Of a DNA stretch of 64,000 nucleotides, positions 49,858 through 59,558 are shown in pieces. This DNA is from Candidatus Latescibacterota bacterium (GTDB taxonomy: Bacteria; Latescibacterota; UBA2968; UBA8231), in the NCBI GenBank assembly GCA_965204725.1, contig OZ242005.1, forward strand, positions 3,904,001-3,968,000, in the 5' to 3' direction. The notes under the pieces are model-generated. The model was not told where the DNA came from. It searched no databases and worked only from the letters and a program-made list of their open reading frames with translations. Within the stretch, counting starts at the first letter, position 1; each line of letters starts with the position of its first letter. The position numbers were made by a program, and so were the translations under genes.

Positions 49858-50754
49858 ATGAGTGCCACTGCCGCGATCCAAGAGATGCTCGCCGAGCACG
49901 GGTATGTCGCCGATCGCCAAGTTGTTATGTCCGTGTACCTCGCTCAGACCTTGGAGCGTCCCTTGCTCATTGAGGGACCGGCTGGCGTCGGCAAAACCGA
50001 GGTCGCCAAGGTCCTAGCTCGCGCCCTCGACACCGAGTTGATCCGCTTGCAGTGCTACGAGGGGCTGGACGCCCACGCCGCCCTGTACGAGTGGAACTAC
50101 CAGCGCCAACTCTTGCATCTCAAGCTCGACGAGAAGAGCCAACGTCCCTTAGCCGAGCGCGAGGCCGATCTCTTTTCCGAGGACTTCCTGCTCAAGCGTC
50201 CCTTGCTCCAAGCCATCACCCAGCCCGTCCCGCCGGTGCTGCTGATTGACGAACTCGATCGGGCCGACGAGGAGTTTGAGAGCTTCCTCCTCGAAGTGCT
50301 GTCCGACTGGCAGATTACCATCCCCGAAATCGGCACCATCCGTGCCGCCGTGCGACCGCACGTAATCCTGACCAGCAATCGCACCCGCGAGCTTTCCGAC
50401 GCGGTGCGCCGCCGCTGCTTCTACCTGTGGATTGACTACCCAGAGTTTGCCAAGGAAGTGGAGATCGTGCGCGGCAAGGTCGCCGGGATCGACGTCCAAC
50501 TCGCCGAGCAGATCTGCCGCTTCATGGAAAAGATCCGCCTGCAACGCCTCGAAAAAATGCCCGGCGTCGCCGAAACCCTCGACTGGGCCAAGGCCCTCGT
50601 CGCCCTGCACCAGCACCACCTCAACCTCGAAGTCGTGGCGGATACCTTGGGCATTGTGTTGAAGGACCAGCGCGACGTGGCGGAGGTGAAGCAATCGCTG
50701 GCCGAGTTCTTGGAAGGATTGGGGGTCCGCGCCAAGCTGGCTCCAAAACGATGA
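49858..50754 (+). CDS. coxD: MoxR-type AAA+ ATPase (CoxD-like)
   Basis: EGPAGVGKT, RLQCYEG, YEWNY, LLIDELDR, TSNRTRELSDA, PGVAETLDW. Confidence 0.88.
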   Translation: MSATAAIQEMLAEHGYVADRQVVMSVYLAQTLERPLLIEGPAGVGKTEVAKVLARALDTELIRLQCYEGLDAHAALYEWNYQRQLLHLKLDEKSQRPLAEREADLFSEDFLLKRPLLQAITQPVPPVLLIDELDRADEEFESFLLEVLSDWQITIPEIGTIRAAVRPHVILTSNRTRELSDAVRRRCFYLWIDYPEFAKEVEIVRGKVAGIDVQLAEQICRFMEKIRLQRLEKMPGVAETLDWAKALVALHQHHLNLEVVADTLGIVLKDQRDVAEVKQSLAEFLEGLGVRAKLAPKR

Positions 50755-52001
50755 ACCCCGAGATAGACGACCTGGCACTCCACGGCGCGTTGAGCGCGAA
50801 TTTGGTCGGCTTCTGCCGCCTGTTGCGCGCCCAGCGTTCCGGCGTGGCCTTGGGCGAGGAGCAAGACGCCCTCCGCGCCCTCGCGGCCATTGACTTGTCC
50901 GACCCGGAGGACTTTCGGCTGAGCCTGCGAACTACTTTGGCCAAGACGCCGGCCGAGCAAAAGCTCTTTGACGCGCTTTTCGCTGCCTACTGGTCCTTAT
51001 GGGATCGCGCCGGCGAATTGGGACGGCCTGCGCCCCCGGCCCCGGCAAAGGCCCCGGCCAAGCGTGCCCTGACGAGCGTCCGCGACTGGCTCAAACAGGG
51101 CGAGCCGACCGAAGAGGAGCGCGAGGCCGCCGGGTACAGCCCCATTGAGGTGCATACAAAGCGCGACTTTAAGGACTTTAACGCGGAAGAGTTGGAGGAG
51201 ATTGGGCGGTTGCTGCAAGCCATCGCCCGGGCGCTCGCCACGCGCTTGAGCCGCCGCTATCGGCCCGCCCGCCCGCCGGGCCGCCTCGACTTGCGGCGCA
51301 CCCTCCGCGCCAGCCTGCGCCGCGGCGGCGAGCTGCTAGACCTGTCCTATTGCCGCCGCACCTGCCAGAAGCCCAAGCTGGTCTTGTTGTGCGATGTCAG
51401 TAAGTCCATGGATCTGTACAGCCGTTTCTTGATCCAGTTCCTGTACGCCTTCCAAAACGCCTATCGCCGCATGGAGACGTTTGTGTTTGCGACCTCGCTC
51501 CACCATGTCGCGCCGCTGCTGAGGAGCGACGACCTGAGTGCGGGATTGGACGCGCTGGCCGCGCAAGTGCCGGATTGGTCGGGCGGCACGCGCATCGGGG
51601 CCGCGCTGGCGACCTTCCTCAGCAAACACGCCGACCTCGTCGATCGCCAGACCGCGCTGCTAATCGTCAGCGATGGCTGGGACACCGGCGACATTGAGAC
51701 GCTCGAAGAAGGTATGCATACATTGCAGTGCCGCAGCCGCTGCCTAATTTGGCTCAACCCCCTGCTGGGCAGCCCGAACTACCGGCCCGCCACACGCGGG
51801 ATGCAGGCCGCTTTGCCGTACATCGACCTCTTTGCCCCGGCCCACAACATCGAGAGCCTCAAGGCCCTCGGCGGATACCTGATGGCGTTGCGCGGTGCAA
51901 CGGCCGCGCAGTACCTGCGCCGCCCTGAGAATCCCGCGCCGCCGAAAGCCCAACCCGCCGCGCCGACGAGGGCCGACTGGTTCCGGCGCTTTGGAGTTTA
52001 G
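50751..52001 (+). CDS. coxE: VWA domain protein (CoxE-like)
   Basis: LDLRRTLRASLR, DVSKSM MIDAS-like motif, WSGGTRIG, SDGWD, WLNPL. Confidence 0.88.
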   Translation: MNPEIDDLALHGALSANLVGFCRLLRAQRSGVALGEEQDALRALAAIDLSDPEDFRLSLRTTLAKTPAEQKLFDALFAAYWSLWDRAGELGRPAPPAPAKAPAKRALTSVRDWLKQGEPTEEEREAAGYSPIEVHTKRDFKDFNAEELEEIGRLLQAIARALATRLSRRYRPARPPGRLDLRRTLRASLRRGGELLDLSYCRRTCQKPKLVLLCDVSKSMDLYSRFLIQFLYAFQNAYRRMETFVFATSLHHVAPLLRSDDLSAGLDALAAQVPDWSGGTRIGAALATFLSKHADLVDRQTALLIVSDGWDTGDIETLEEGMHTLQCRSRCLIWLNPLLGSPNYRPATRGMQAALPYIDLFAPAHNIESLKALGGYLMALRGATAAQYLRRPENPAPPKAQPAAPTRADWFRRFGV

Positions 52002-52003
52002 CC

Positions 52004-53167
52004 GTGAAAGACTTACAGACGATCCTCGGCCGCGCCCAGGAGCTTGACGAAGCAGGTGCGTCCTACATTTTGGCCACGGTTGTCCAGACCTCTGGCTCGG
52101 TCTATCGCGGCCCGGGCACCCGCATGCTCATCGAAGCCGACCTCCAGAGCTTGGGCACCATCAGCGGCGGCTGTCTCGAAGGCGACGTGCGCGAAAACGC
52201 GCAAGCTGTCTTCGCCGATGGCCAACCCCGGCTCCTGCACTACGACGCTACCTCTGAAGACGACATCCTCTGGGGCACCGGGCTGGGCTGTAGCGGCACG
52301 GTAGATGTGCTCTTAGAGCGCCTGCCCAACGGCTCCCTCCACTACCCAACCTTCTTGCACGGCTGCGCCTTGGAGAATCGGCACGGCGTCACCGTCACGG
52401 TCTTTGCCACCGAGGGAGAGACGGATGCTGCGCCGGGCCAACACCTGATCCTCGACGAGCGGGAAAACGCCCTTGACGACATCGCCGACCCGGAGCTACG
52501 CACAATCGCGCTCAACGCTGCTAGGGGAATTTTGGCGACCCTCGGCGACACCTGCCTCCCGGTCGTCCCGGGCTGCACACGCCACTGCGAGCTGACGCAC
52601 GGCAAGGCCGCCCTGCTCCTAGAACCTCTGCTGCCCCCGATTGCCCTTTACCTTTTCGGCGCGGGCTACGACGCCGTGCCTCTCGCCCGGCTGGCTGGCG
52701 AACTTGGATGGCGCGTCACCGTCGCCGATCACCGGCCCGCCTACGCCCGCGCCGAGCGTTTCCCTTGGGCCAAGCAAGTCCTCCTCGCCCTGCCCGGCTG
52801 TCTGACCGAGGCCCTTCAGTTCGACAACCGCTCGTGCGCTGTCGTCATGAGCCACAATTATTTACAGGATCAAGCGCTGTTGCGGGACTTGCTCGACGCG
52901 CCCCTCGCCTACTTGGGCGTCCTCGGCCCGCACCAGCGCACCCAGCGCCTACTCGCCGATTTGCAAAAAGAAGGCACCGCGCCCAGTGCCGAGCAGGCCG
53001 CCCGCCTCTTCAGCCCGGTTGGCCTTGACATCGGCGCCGAAACGGCCGAGGAAATCGCCCTGTCCATTCTCGGGGAAGTCCAAGCCGCGCTCACCGGCCG
53101 CAAAGGCGGCTCGCTCCGCGATCACCCCGGGCCGATTCACGATCGCCCTACCGTATCCAGCGCCTAA
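52004..53167 (+). CDS. xdhC: XdhC/CoxI family molybdenum cofactor insertion chaperone
   Basis: GTISGGCLE, GLGCSG, FGAG.D, MSHN, YLGVLGP, PVGLDIGAET.EEIA. Confidence 0.92.
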   Translation: MKDLQTILGRAQELDEAGASYILATVVQTSGSVYRGPGTRMLIEADLQSLGTISGGCLEGDVRENAQAVFADGQPRLLHYDATSEDDILWGTGLGCSGTVDVLLERLPNGSLHYPTFLHGCALENRHGVTVTVFATEGETDAAPGQHLILDERENALDDIADPELRTIALNAARGILATLGDTCLPVVPGCTRHCELTHGKAALLLEPLLPPIALYLFGAGYDAVPLARLAGELGWRVTVADHRPAYARAERFPWAKQVLLALPGCLTEALQFDNRSCAVVMSHNYLQDQALLRDLLDAPLAYLGVLGPHQRTQRLLADLQKEGTAPSAEQAARLFSPVGLDIGAETAEEIALSILGEVQAALTGRKGGSLRDHPGPIHDRPTVSSA

Positions 53168-53273
53168 GCCCGCTGACTTGGTCGAAATGTGCATCGAAAG
53201 AGACGATAACCGAGCCGGTTTCCATGGCCTGTGCCGCCAACCATATATCGTTTAGCGGTATTGGCGTTCCGGC
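53148..53273 (-). pseudogene. 3' remnant of a VapC/PIN toxin
   Basis: Reading the minus strand by hand gives AGTPIPLNDIWLAAQAMETGSVIVSFDAHFDQVSGLRRWIR*, a classic PIN C-terminus; not in the ORF track. Confidence 0.8.
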
Positions 53274-53494
53274 TGGCGAAGGTCTTTTGTCGCCTCTTCA
53301 AACTCGGCCAAATCCGCTGCCGACCAACAGCCAAAGAGATCGGCAAATTCTTCGCGCCGCGAGTGCCGCCTTCCCAGTGCTTGTTCGAGCAACCCTTTAA
53401 TGGTCTTGTTCAAGCTCTTGCCTTCGGCGGCGGCCTTCTCCCTGATTTGCCGGTCCATTTCATCGTCCATTCCGTGAATGGTAATTGATTTCAT
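53252..53494 (-). CDS. FitA-like ribbon-helix-helix antitoxin with a C-terminus altered by a deletion
   Basis: MKSITIHGMDDEM..IREKAAAEGKSLNKTIK, DLFGCWS..D..EF; lies directly before the VapC remnant. Confidence 0.75.
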   Translation of the reverse strand: MKSITIHGMDDEMDRQIREKAAAEGKSLNKTIKGLLEQALGRRHSRREEFADLFGCWSAADLAEFEEATKDLRQPERQYR

Positions 53495-53530
53495 GCCACA
53501 ACTCCGAACTATAAAGTGAACTGTATTAAA

Positions 53531-53609
53531 AAATGGACCGCGACTGCCGACCCCGTCCCCAACAGAGTCAAGCGACTTTGTCGAACGAACTTCTAGGCCG
53601 TGACACTAG
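53531..53609 (+). mobile_element. IS630-family transposase 3' end and terminus relic
   Basis: KWTATADPVPNRVKRLC, then after a frameshift ERTSRP*H*, ending in GACACTAG; resembles the WTATAD...RTS..GH* tail of IS630 transposases. Confidence 0.5.
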
Positions 53610-54452
53610 AAGCTATCTCATAAATAGTCTGGCTGTGCTACGTTAGTGGTATTCCCTTTCGGAGGTATCTCTTATGGATCTTACAGACGAACAGTGGTCG
53701 ATAGTGTCCCCACTGCTGCCGGCGTGTCCCAAACGCCGCGATGGTCGGGGTCGTCCCTGGCGTTGTAACCGGGCGGTGCTCAATGGTATTCTGTGGATTC
53801 TCCGCACCGGGGCGCCTGGGCATGACCTGCCTGCTCGCTATCCGTCCTACCAGACCTGCCATCGTCGATTCCAACAGTGGTCGTCTGATGGCACCTTTGA
53901 ACATATTCTGCGCACCCTCGCGCACGACTTGCATGAGCGCGGGGGACTTGATGTGAGCGAATGCTTCATCGATGGCCTGTTTGTCGCGGCGAAAAAAGGG
54001 GGGACCGAGTGGGTCCGACCAAGCGGGGCAAAGGTACGAAGCTCATGGCAGTGGCAGACCGCGCTGGTCTTCCTATCGCCGTACTCATCCAAAGTGCTTC
54101 GCCCCACGAAGTCACCCTCGTAGAAGCCACCTTGGAAAACCGATGGGTCCAGCCCCGACCGAAACGACTCATCGGGGACCGAGCCTACGACTCGGATCGA
54201 TTGGATGCGAGCTTGGCCAACCAAGGCATTGAGATGATCGCCCCGCATCGCCGCAATCGCACGCAGGCCAAAACCCAGGACGGGCGGCGGTTGCGGGGCT
54301 ACAAAAGACGCTGGAAAATAGAAAGACTATTTGCTTGGTTGCATAACTTCCGCCGCATCGTGGTTCGATACGAATACTATGCTGAAAACTACCTCGGCTT
54401 TGTACAACTCGGATGCATCCTCATACTGCTACGGTATTTATGAGATAGCTTC
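53609..54452 (+). mobile_element. IS5-family insertion sequence (IS427-like), about 844 bp, TA duplication in a CTAG target
   Basis: Perfect inverted repeats CTAGAAGCTATCTCATAAATA (53606-53626) and TATTTATGAGATAGCTTCTAG (54435-54455). Confidence 0.93.
53674..54443 (+). CDS. IS5-family DDE transposase, two ORFs joined by a programmed -1 frameshift
   Basis: orf[29 protein letters not shown]; A6G6 slippery run at 53992-54003; orf[29 protein letters not shown]. Confidence 0.92.
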
Positions 54453-54496
54453 TAGAATCGCGCAATCAAATAATCCCGAGTGCTGGAGTTTCAGGA

Positions 54497-55045
54497 TCAA
54501 AGCGACGCGAAGATGTCGGTATTCTTCTTTCGATCGAGGATATGCTGGCAGATACTCCATTGGACCTTCAGAGCGGTCATCCGCATCTCGTGGCTTGCTT
54601 TCGAGGCCAATCTTATATCGACCGAGTCACTCGAGTCACTCTCGGTTAGATGCCTTTTGAAGTCCACGTAATGCGAAGCAAGTTCGTCTCCTGACTGCTT
54701 CAGCTTGGGTTGTATCCTCTCGGCAATGACGTTCAGCCAATGAATCTCATTGGCGAGCCGTGTAAAATTGACTAAGTGTTCGGGTCCGCTGTCTGTAGTT
54801 GCAGCGTCAAGACACTCCGAAATCAACTCGTCGATCCGGCGATTAAGATTCGACAAATAATCGATCGGGACTCGGTCAAGCTCTCCTCTGCGTCGCACAG
54901 CCCTGTGAATCCACCAGCCGATGACAACGGTTGTTGTCGCGCTGATCAAGCTGGGAATCGGAAGTTGGGGTTCACGCACTAATGACGTGATGAGTGTGCC
55001 AAGGAGTACGCCGAACACGATCGCGAGGATGTTGAAAGTATTCAT
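54497..55045 (-). CDS. Hypothetical protein with two N-terminal TM helices and a helical C-terminal region
   Basis: Two hydrophobic segments within the first ~45 aa; start overlaps the STAS gene stop (ATGA). Confidence 0.6.
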   Translation of the reverse strand: MNTFNILAIVFGVLLGTLITSLVREPQLPIPSLISATTTVVIGWWIHRAVRRRGELDRVPIDYLSNLNRRIDELISECLDAATTDSGPEHLVNFTRLANEIHWLNVIAERIQPKLKQSGDELASHYVDFKRHLTESDSSDSVDIRLASKASHEMRMTALKVQWSICQHILDRKKNTDIFASL

Positions 55046-55383
55046 GGGCTTGTGCCCGTCGTGTCGTTGGCATGTTTGATGTAGTGGCGGATCTCGAAAT
55101 CGAGCATCGGTTCAGAGCCTGACTCAAAGCGTAGAAGACGCTGAACCTCCTCTATTTCGAATTCTCTGGCGAGGCCCCCGAATGCTTCTTCAAGAAACGA
55201 TGTGGGGTAACCGTATTTAACACCATCAAGTTGAATGGTCACCTGATCATTGGCCTCCTTCGCCTTCAAGAACGCAGGTTTCAGAAGATCTTCCAGAAAC
55301 TCTTGGCCGGATCCAGGTCCCTGTTTCCGGTATCGTGGACCTGGTAGTTCCGTGAATTCTTTAGCGATGTTGATCTTAATCAT
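55042..55383 (-). CDS. STAS-like domain protein (DUF4325-type)
   Basis: INIAKEF...PGPRY...GPGSGQEF, LDGV.YGYPTSFLEEAFGGL signature. Confidence 0.85.
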   Translation of the reverse strand: MIKINIAKEFTELPGPRYRKQGPGSGQEFLEDLLKPAFLKAKEANDQVTIQLDGVKYGYPTSFLEEAFGGLAREFEIEEVQRLLRFESGSEPMLDFEIRHYIKHANDTTGTSP

Positions 55384-56395
55384 TGCTCAACTCCCTAGGT
55401 TGGGCGCACCAACTAAACGCTGTGCCGCGCAGAGAATGGGCGACTTTTTTGAAGTCAAGATCCGCAACAGATCCGACGACGTCAGAAGTTAATACTTGAA
55501 GATTCGACAACGTACCCCTCCTCGCATCCTTTTTCATCTTGGGCAGCCCGAGGCCCCTACCGGGTTTACGTGTGGCAGATCCGATTTTTCCCTCGAAGGC
55601 GTCTTTTAGTAAACTGGTTCGTCCGCGCGAGGAAATCAAAGCACTGGTTTCTTGCAGCATGTTTCTTGCCGGTGCGCTTTTTAGAATACCAATGCCGAGA
55701 TCGATAAAGCTGAAATAGGCAGTTTGATCTCGGCAGTAAACGCTGACAAACCATTTTGGGGGAAAACGTTGCTTCTGACCCCCCGCGTGGTTGTGGGTAT
55801 TTGTCATGACCTCGACAAGAGTCTGGAAACAGGCATTAGTGCATTCCTTGGCGATGGGCATGTGTTCCTTTGCGAAGTCTACTAGTTCCGCAGCTATTTT
55901 CGCACGCACCGTGTTGTTTGACTTTTTCAGTATCAGTCCCTTTGGGAGAGGAAGATCCTCTGGTGGCTTGGCAAACCCGGCGAAGAAACCAGATGCTTTG
56001 AATTCGGAGGCTACGGTTGGATCCCGTGGCAAATTTCCGCCGATCTGCGTGTGACGAGCCCTAGAGTCCATAATTGCTCGAATCAGAAGAAGCGCATCAC
56101 TGGTGAAATTTTGGACATCACCGAGATCGAGAAAAATCTCCATGTCCGGTTGAGTAAGATGGTCCCGTAATGTGTTGCAGTACTTGAGAGTTTCGTTAGG
56201 TGCATCAAAAAGACTGAGCGTTTCGGGTGCTCGTAGCGGTGATCCTCGTTGACGAGAGCGTGTTGGCCGGAGTCGCGTCGGTCGCTCCCGCAACGCCGTT
56301 TGCCGTTTCTGTGCAAGGTGCCGCCGCCGGTCGAATTTTCGCTGCCGACGTTGCTGTCGGAGAGTGAATTCGTGAGTGGACCACAAGTGCTTCAT
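55376..56395 (-). CDS. GHKL/HATPase protein with N-terminal STAS-like region (anti-sigma-kinase-like)
   Basis: LDLGDVQNF.SDALLL STAS-like segment; N box EVMTNTHNHA, G1 DLGIGI, G2 GRGLGLP, terminal GT. Confidence 0.82.
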   Translation of the reverse strand: MKHLWSTHEFTLRQQRRQRKFDRRRHLAQKRQTALRERPTRLRPTRSRQRGSPLRAPETLSLFDAPNETLKYCNTLRDHLTQPDMEIFLDLGDVQNFTSDALLLIRAIMDSRARHTQIGGNLPRDPTVASEFKASGFFAGFAKPPEDLPLPKGLILKKSNNTVRAKIAAELVDFAKEHMPIAKECTNACFQTLVEVMTNTHNHAGGQKQRFPPKWFVSVYCRDQTAYFSFIDLGIGILKSAPARNMLQETSALISSRGRTSLLKDAFEGKIGSATRKPGRGLGLPKMKKDARRGTLSNLQVLTSDVVGSVADLDFKKVAHSLRGTAFSWCAQPRELSND

Positions 56396-56987
56396 AGCCG
56401 ATGTCTCTCGATTTCATAACTAGTTACCCTCCAGCACCGGGAGCCGTTTGTCGTGCGACCGTAGCACCCCAGCGAGGTCGGTCAAGCTAAACCCCGGCTC
56501 GCAACAGCACTCCAGCCGTTGTTCAGCCCGATAGAGACGACTACAGAGGAAGACCGTGGCGGGATCCGGCGAAGGTAAGTCGCAAGTCTGCTGAGCACAG
56601 GCGTTGACCACGGTGCCTGTGGGCGGATCGCGGATGCCGCTTGCATCTGCCTTGCCATGTCCCTAGTCATGAATCCCCCAGTACGTTAAGGTCCATAGTT
56701 AGACATAAAAATAGACAAACCCCTTTTTTGGATTTTGTCAAGGAGATGAACGCAGGCAAGGGTCGAGTAGTTCCCTAAAGAGGTTTGTAGGCCCTTCGGC
56801 AGGGCTTCCGGTTTGGTTGCCTTATCGCAGGTCCAGTATCTACTTCATCTTGTACGCTGTGCTCAGTCGCCTCGGCTACATGCGGCTTTCTGTTCTTATA
56901 CTCGGAGACAAATCTACGGGTGTGCAGGTTGCGACAAACGCATTTGCCGTGCAGAATAGCCTGAACCAACAACGCAGGAGGAACGCA

Positions 56988-59294
56988 ATGCCCATCAGTG
57001 CTCAAGACCGCCAAGCCGCCCTCCCCGACCTCCAAGGCACCCAATGTTGCGAGGGCCTTGAAAAAACCGTCACCATCCACCGCGACCCTTGGGGAATCCC
57101 CCATATCCAAGCTGCCAGCGAAGCCGACCTGTTCTTCGCTCAAGGCTTCGCCACGGCCCAAGACCGCCTCTGGCAAATGGACTTCGACCGCCATCAGGCT
57201 TTGGGTCGCTGGTCTGAATGGGCCGGCCCCGCCGGGCTAGACCGCGACCGCCTCCTGCGCGCCGCGGGTCTGGGCCGCACCGCCAAGTTGGACTACGAAG
57301 CGTCCAGCCCCCAAGCCCGCGCCATGCTCGACGCCTATACCGCGGGCGTCAACGCCTTTTTGGCGACGACAACGGCCTTACCCATCGAATATCAACTCCT
57401 CAACCAGTGCCCCGAGCCGTGGGAAAGCTGGCACTGCCTCGCCGTGTACAAGATGCGCAATAGCCTGCTTGGCACCTTTGAATCCAAGCTCTGGCGCACC
57501 CGTCTCGCCCAAGTTGTCGGCCCTGAAAACCTCGCGCAGCTAATCAAAGGCTATCCCCAAGGCCACCTGCTCACCGTGCCCCCCGGCACCGAGTACCAAG
57601 GAGACCCTCTCGACAGCCTCGCGGCCCTCAGCCGCCGCGAAACCGATCCCGGCTCCAATGCGTGGTCCATCGCCGGCGCGTACACCACTTCGGGCTTGCC
57701 GCTGGTGGCCGGTGACTCGCACCGCGCCCTCGACACCCCTTCCGTCTATTACCAAGTCCACCTCGCCTGCCCGGACTTTGCCGTCATCGGCTACTCGGTG
57801 CCCGGCGTGCCCGGCACCCTGCACTTTTGCCACAACGAGTACGTGGCTTGGGGCATGACCTACGGCAGTGCCGATACCCAAGATCTGTTCGTCGAGCGCT
57901 TCCGCGAAATGGCCGACGGCTTGGAGTACGAGTTCAAAGGCGCGTGGCGACCGGCGCAAATCCTGCGGGAAAAAATCCACGTCCGCGGCGCAGCTTCCGC
58001 AGCCTGTGAAATCGTCATTACCCATCACGGGCCTATCGTCGCCGGCGATCCGCGCCAAGGCCAAGCCATCGCCCTCAGCGACCCCGGCCTCATCGAAGGC
58101 ACCCCTTGGGCCGATGCCGCCCGCGATGCCATGCGCGCCCGCTCGGTCGAGGGCTTGCACCAAGCCTTTGCCCGCTGGACCGACCGCGTCAACAACTACG
58201 CTGTCGCCGATGTCCACGGCTGCTTCGGCTATATACACGCGGGTCGGATCCCGGTGCGAGAGGCCGCAAACGGCTGGTGCGCCGTTCCCGGCTGGACCGG
58301 CGAGCACGAGTGGCGAGGCTACATCCCCCACGCCGAGCTACCCAAAGCCATAGACCCTGCAACCGGCTATGCCATCACCTGCAACCAGCGCGTGACCGGC
58401 TCGGATTATCCCTACTACGTCGGGCTTGTCTTTAGCCCGGACTACCGCGCCCGCCGCATCCAGACCCGCATCCTCGAACTGGCAAAGGGCACGGCTACGC
58501 CCGAAGTGATGGGCCGCATCCATGCCGAATGCGTCTCGCTGCCGGCCGAGGTTTTTACGCGGGCCTTGCTCGCCCTCGAGCCGCCCGACGCCGACTGCGC
58601 CCAAGCCCTCGACCTGCTGCGCCAATGGGATGGCCGGATGGACCGCGACCAAGCCCAGCCGGCGATCTATGCTCAAACCCGCGCCCTGCTGGGCTACCGC
58701 CTCGCTCGCCACCTGTTCGGCGACGACGCCTTGACCTTGCTCGCAGAGAGTGGCGGCGACGCCCACTGGAGTCTGATCAACCTCGAAGCAACCCTCGCTA
58801 TTGAGCGCGGCGACCCGGCACTGCTGCCGCCCGGCCAAACGTGGGCACAGGTCCTGACCGAGGCCCTTATTGGTGCGCTCGCCGCCCTCAAAGAGGCCCT
58901 CGGCGACGACATGCACCAATGGCGTTGGGGCCGCTTGCACCGCACCCAGCCTCAGCACCCGCTCTCGGCGGTTTTCCCCGAAGCCGCTTCCTTCCTCAAC
59001 CCCCCTTCGCTCCCGGTCCACGGCGATGGTGACACGCCCCTCGCCGGTAGCTACGCCTTCGACGCCTTCGCGGTCACGGGTCTTTCGGTCAACCGCTATG
59101 TCTTTGATCCCTCCGACTGGACCCGCTCGTGCTGGATCGCGCCGCTGGGGGCTTCTGGCCACCCGGCTAGCCCGCATTACGCCGACCAAGCCCGGCTTTG
59201 GGCCGATGTGGAGTTTATACCTCAGTTGTGGGATTGGCAGGAGATTGGCGACCGGGCGGAGACGACGCAGTTCCTAGTGCAGCAGGAGAGGTAG
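56988..59294 (+). CDS. Penicillin acylase family Ntn-hydrolase (peptidase S45)
   Basis: RDPWGIPHI, AQGFATAQDRLWQMD, catalytic GSNAW, GASGHP.SPHYADQ; RBS AGGAGG. Confidence 0.93.
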   Translation: MPISAQDRQAALPDLQGTQCCEGLEKTVTIHRDPWGIPHIQAASEADLFFAQGFATAQDRLWQMDFDRHQALGRWSEWAGPAGLDRDRLLRAAGLGRTAKLDYEASSPQARAMLDAYTAGVNAFLATTTALPIEYQLLNQCPEPWESWHCLAVYKMRNSLLGTFESKLWRTRLAQVVGPENLAQLIKGYPQGHLLTVPPGTEYQGDPLDSLAALSRRETDPGSNAWSIAGAYTTSGLPLVAGDSHRALDTPSVYYQVHLACPDFAVIGYSVPGVPGTLHFCHNEYVAWGMTYGSADTQDLFVERFREMADGLEYEFKGAWRPAQILREKIHVRGAASAACEIVITHHGPIVAGDPRQGQAIALSDPGLIEGTPWADAARDAMRARSVEGLHQAFARWTDRVNNYAVADVHGCFGYIHAGRIPVREAANGWCAVPGWTGEHEWRGYIPHAELPKAIDPATGYAITCNQRVTGSDYPYYVGLVFSPDYRARRIQTRILELAKGTATPEVMGRIHAECVSLPAEVFTRALLALEPPDADCAQALDLLRQWDGRMDRDQAQPAIYAQTRALLGYRLARHLFGDDALTLLAESGGDAHWSLINLEATLAIERGDPALLPPGQTWAQVLTEALIGALAALKEALGDDMHQWRWGRLHRTQPQHPLSAVFPEAASFLNPPSLPVHGDGDTPLAGSYAFDAFAVTGLSVNRYVFDPSDWTRSCWIAPLGASGHPASPHYADQARLWADVEFIPQLWDWQEIGDRAETTQFLVQQER

Positions 59295-59494
59295 TCCTAG
59301 CGCTGCCGAATACGCTTCCCGCGTATTCACATCCATAAAAATCCCCTCGTCCTCGGGGTTCCTCCGATGACTTTGGTCGGGTGCCGACGCACGACCGGCC
59401 GTGCTCCCCATATCTTCCTATCAGGTGACCACCCGATAAGAATCGGCGAAAAGTCAGGTATTTACCCGATACAAAAGCCGGGCGTGGTCGCTAT

Positions 59495-59540
59495 CTTTAT
59501 ATAAAGGGGATGTAACGAAGTATGTTGAGCAGGTGCTCAA
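59495..59540. promoter_or_regulatory. Candidate operator palindromes upstream of the secreted-protein genes
   Basis: CTTTATATAAAG (59495-59506) and TTGAGCA-GG-TGCTCAA (59525-59540) just before RBS GAGGAG. Confidence 0.3.
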
Positions 59541-59558
59541 GCCATGAGGAGTTAGAGA

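Noticed and set aside
49858-53167. coxD/coxE/xdhC as evidence for a CO dehydrogenase
   Set aside because: No coxL/M/S in the window; these accessory genes serve many xanthine-oxidase-family molybdoenzymes
56420-56700. Short ORFs upstream of the kinase gene as a possible fourth component
   Set aside because: No recognisable motif or RBS, and competing short frames; cannot be supported
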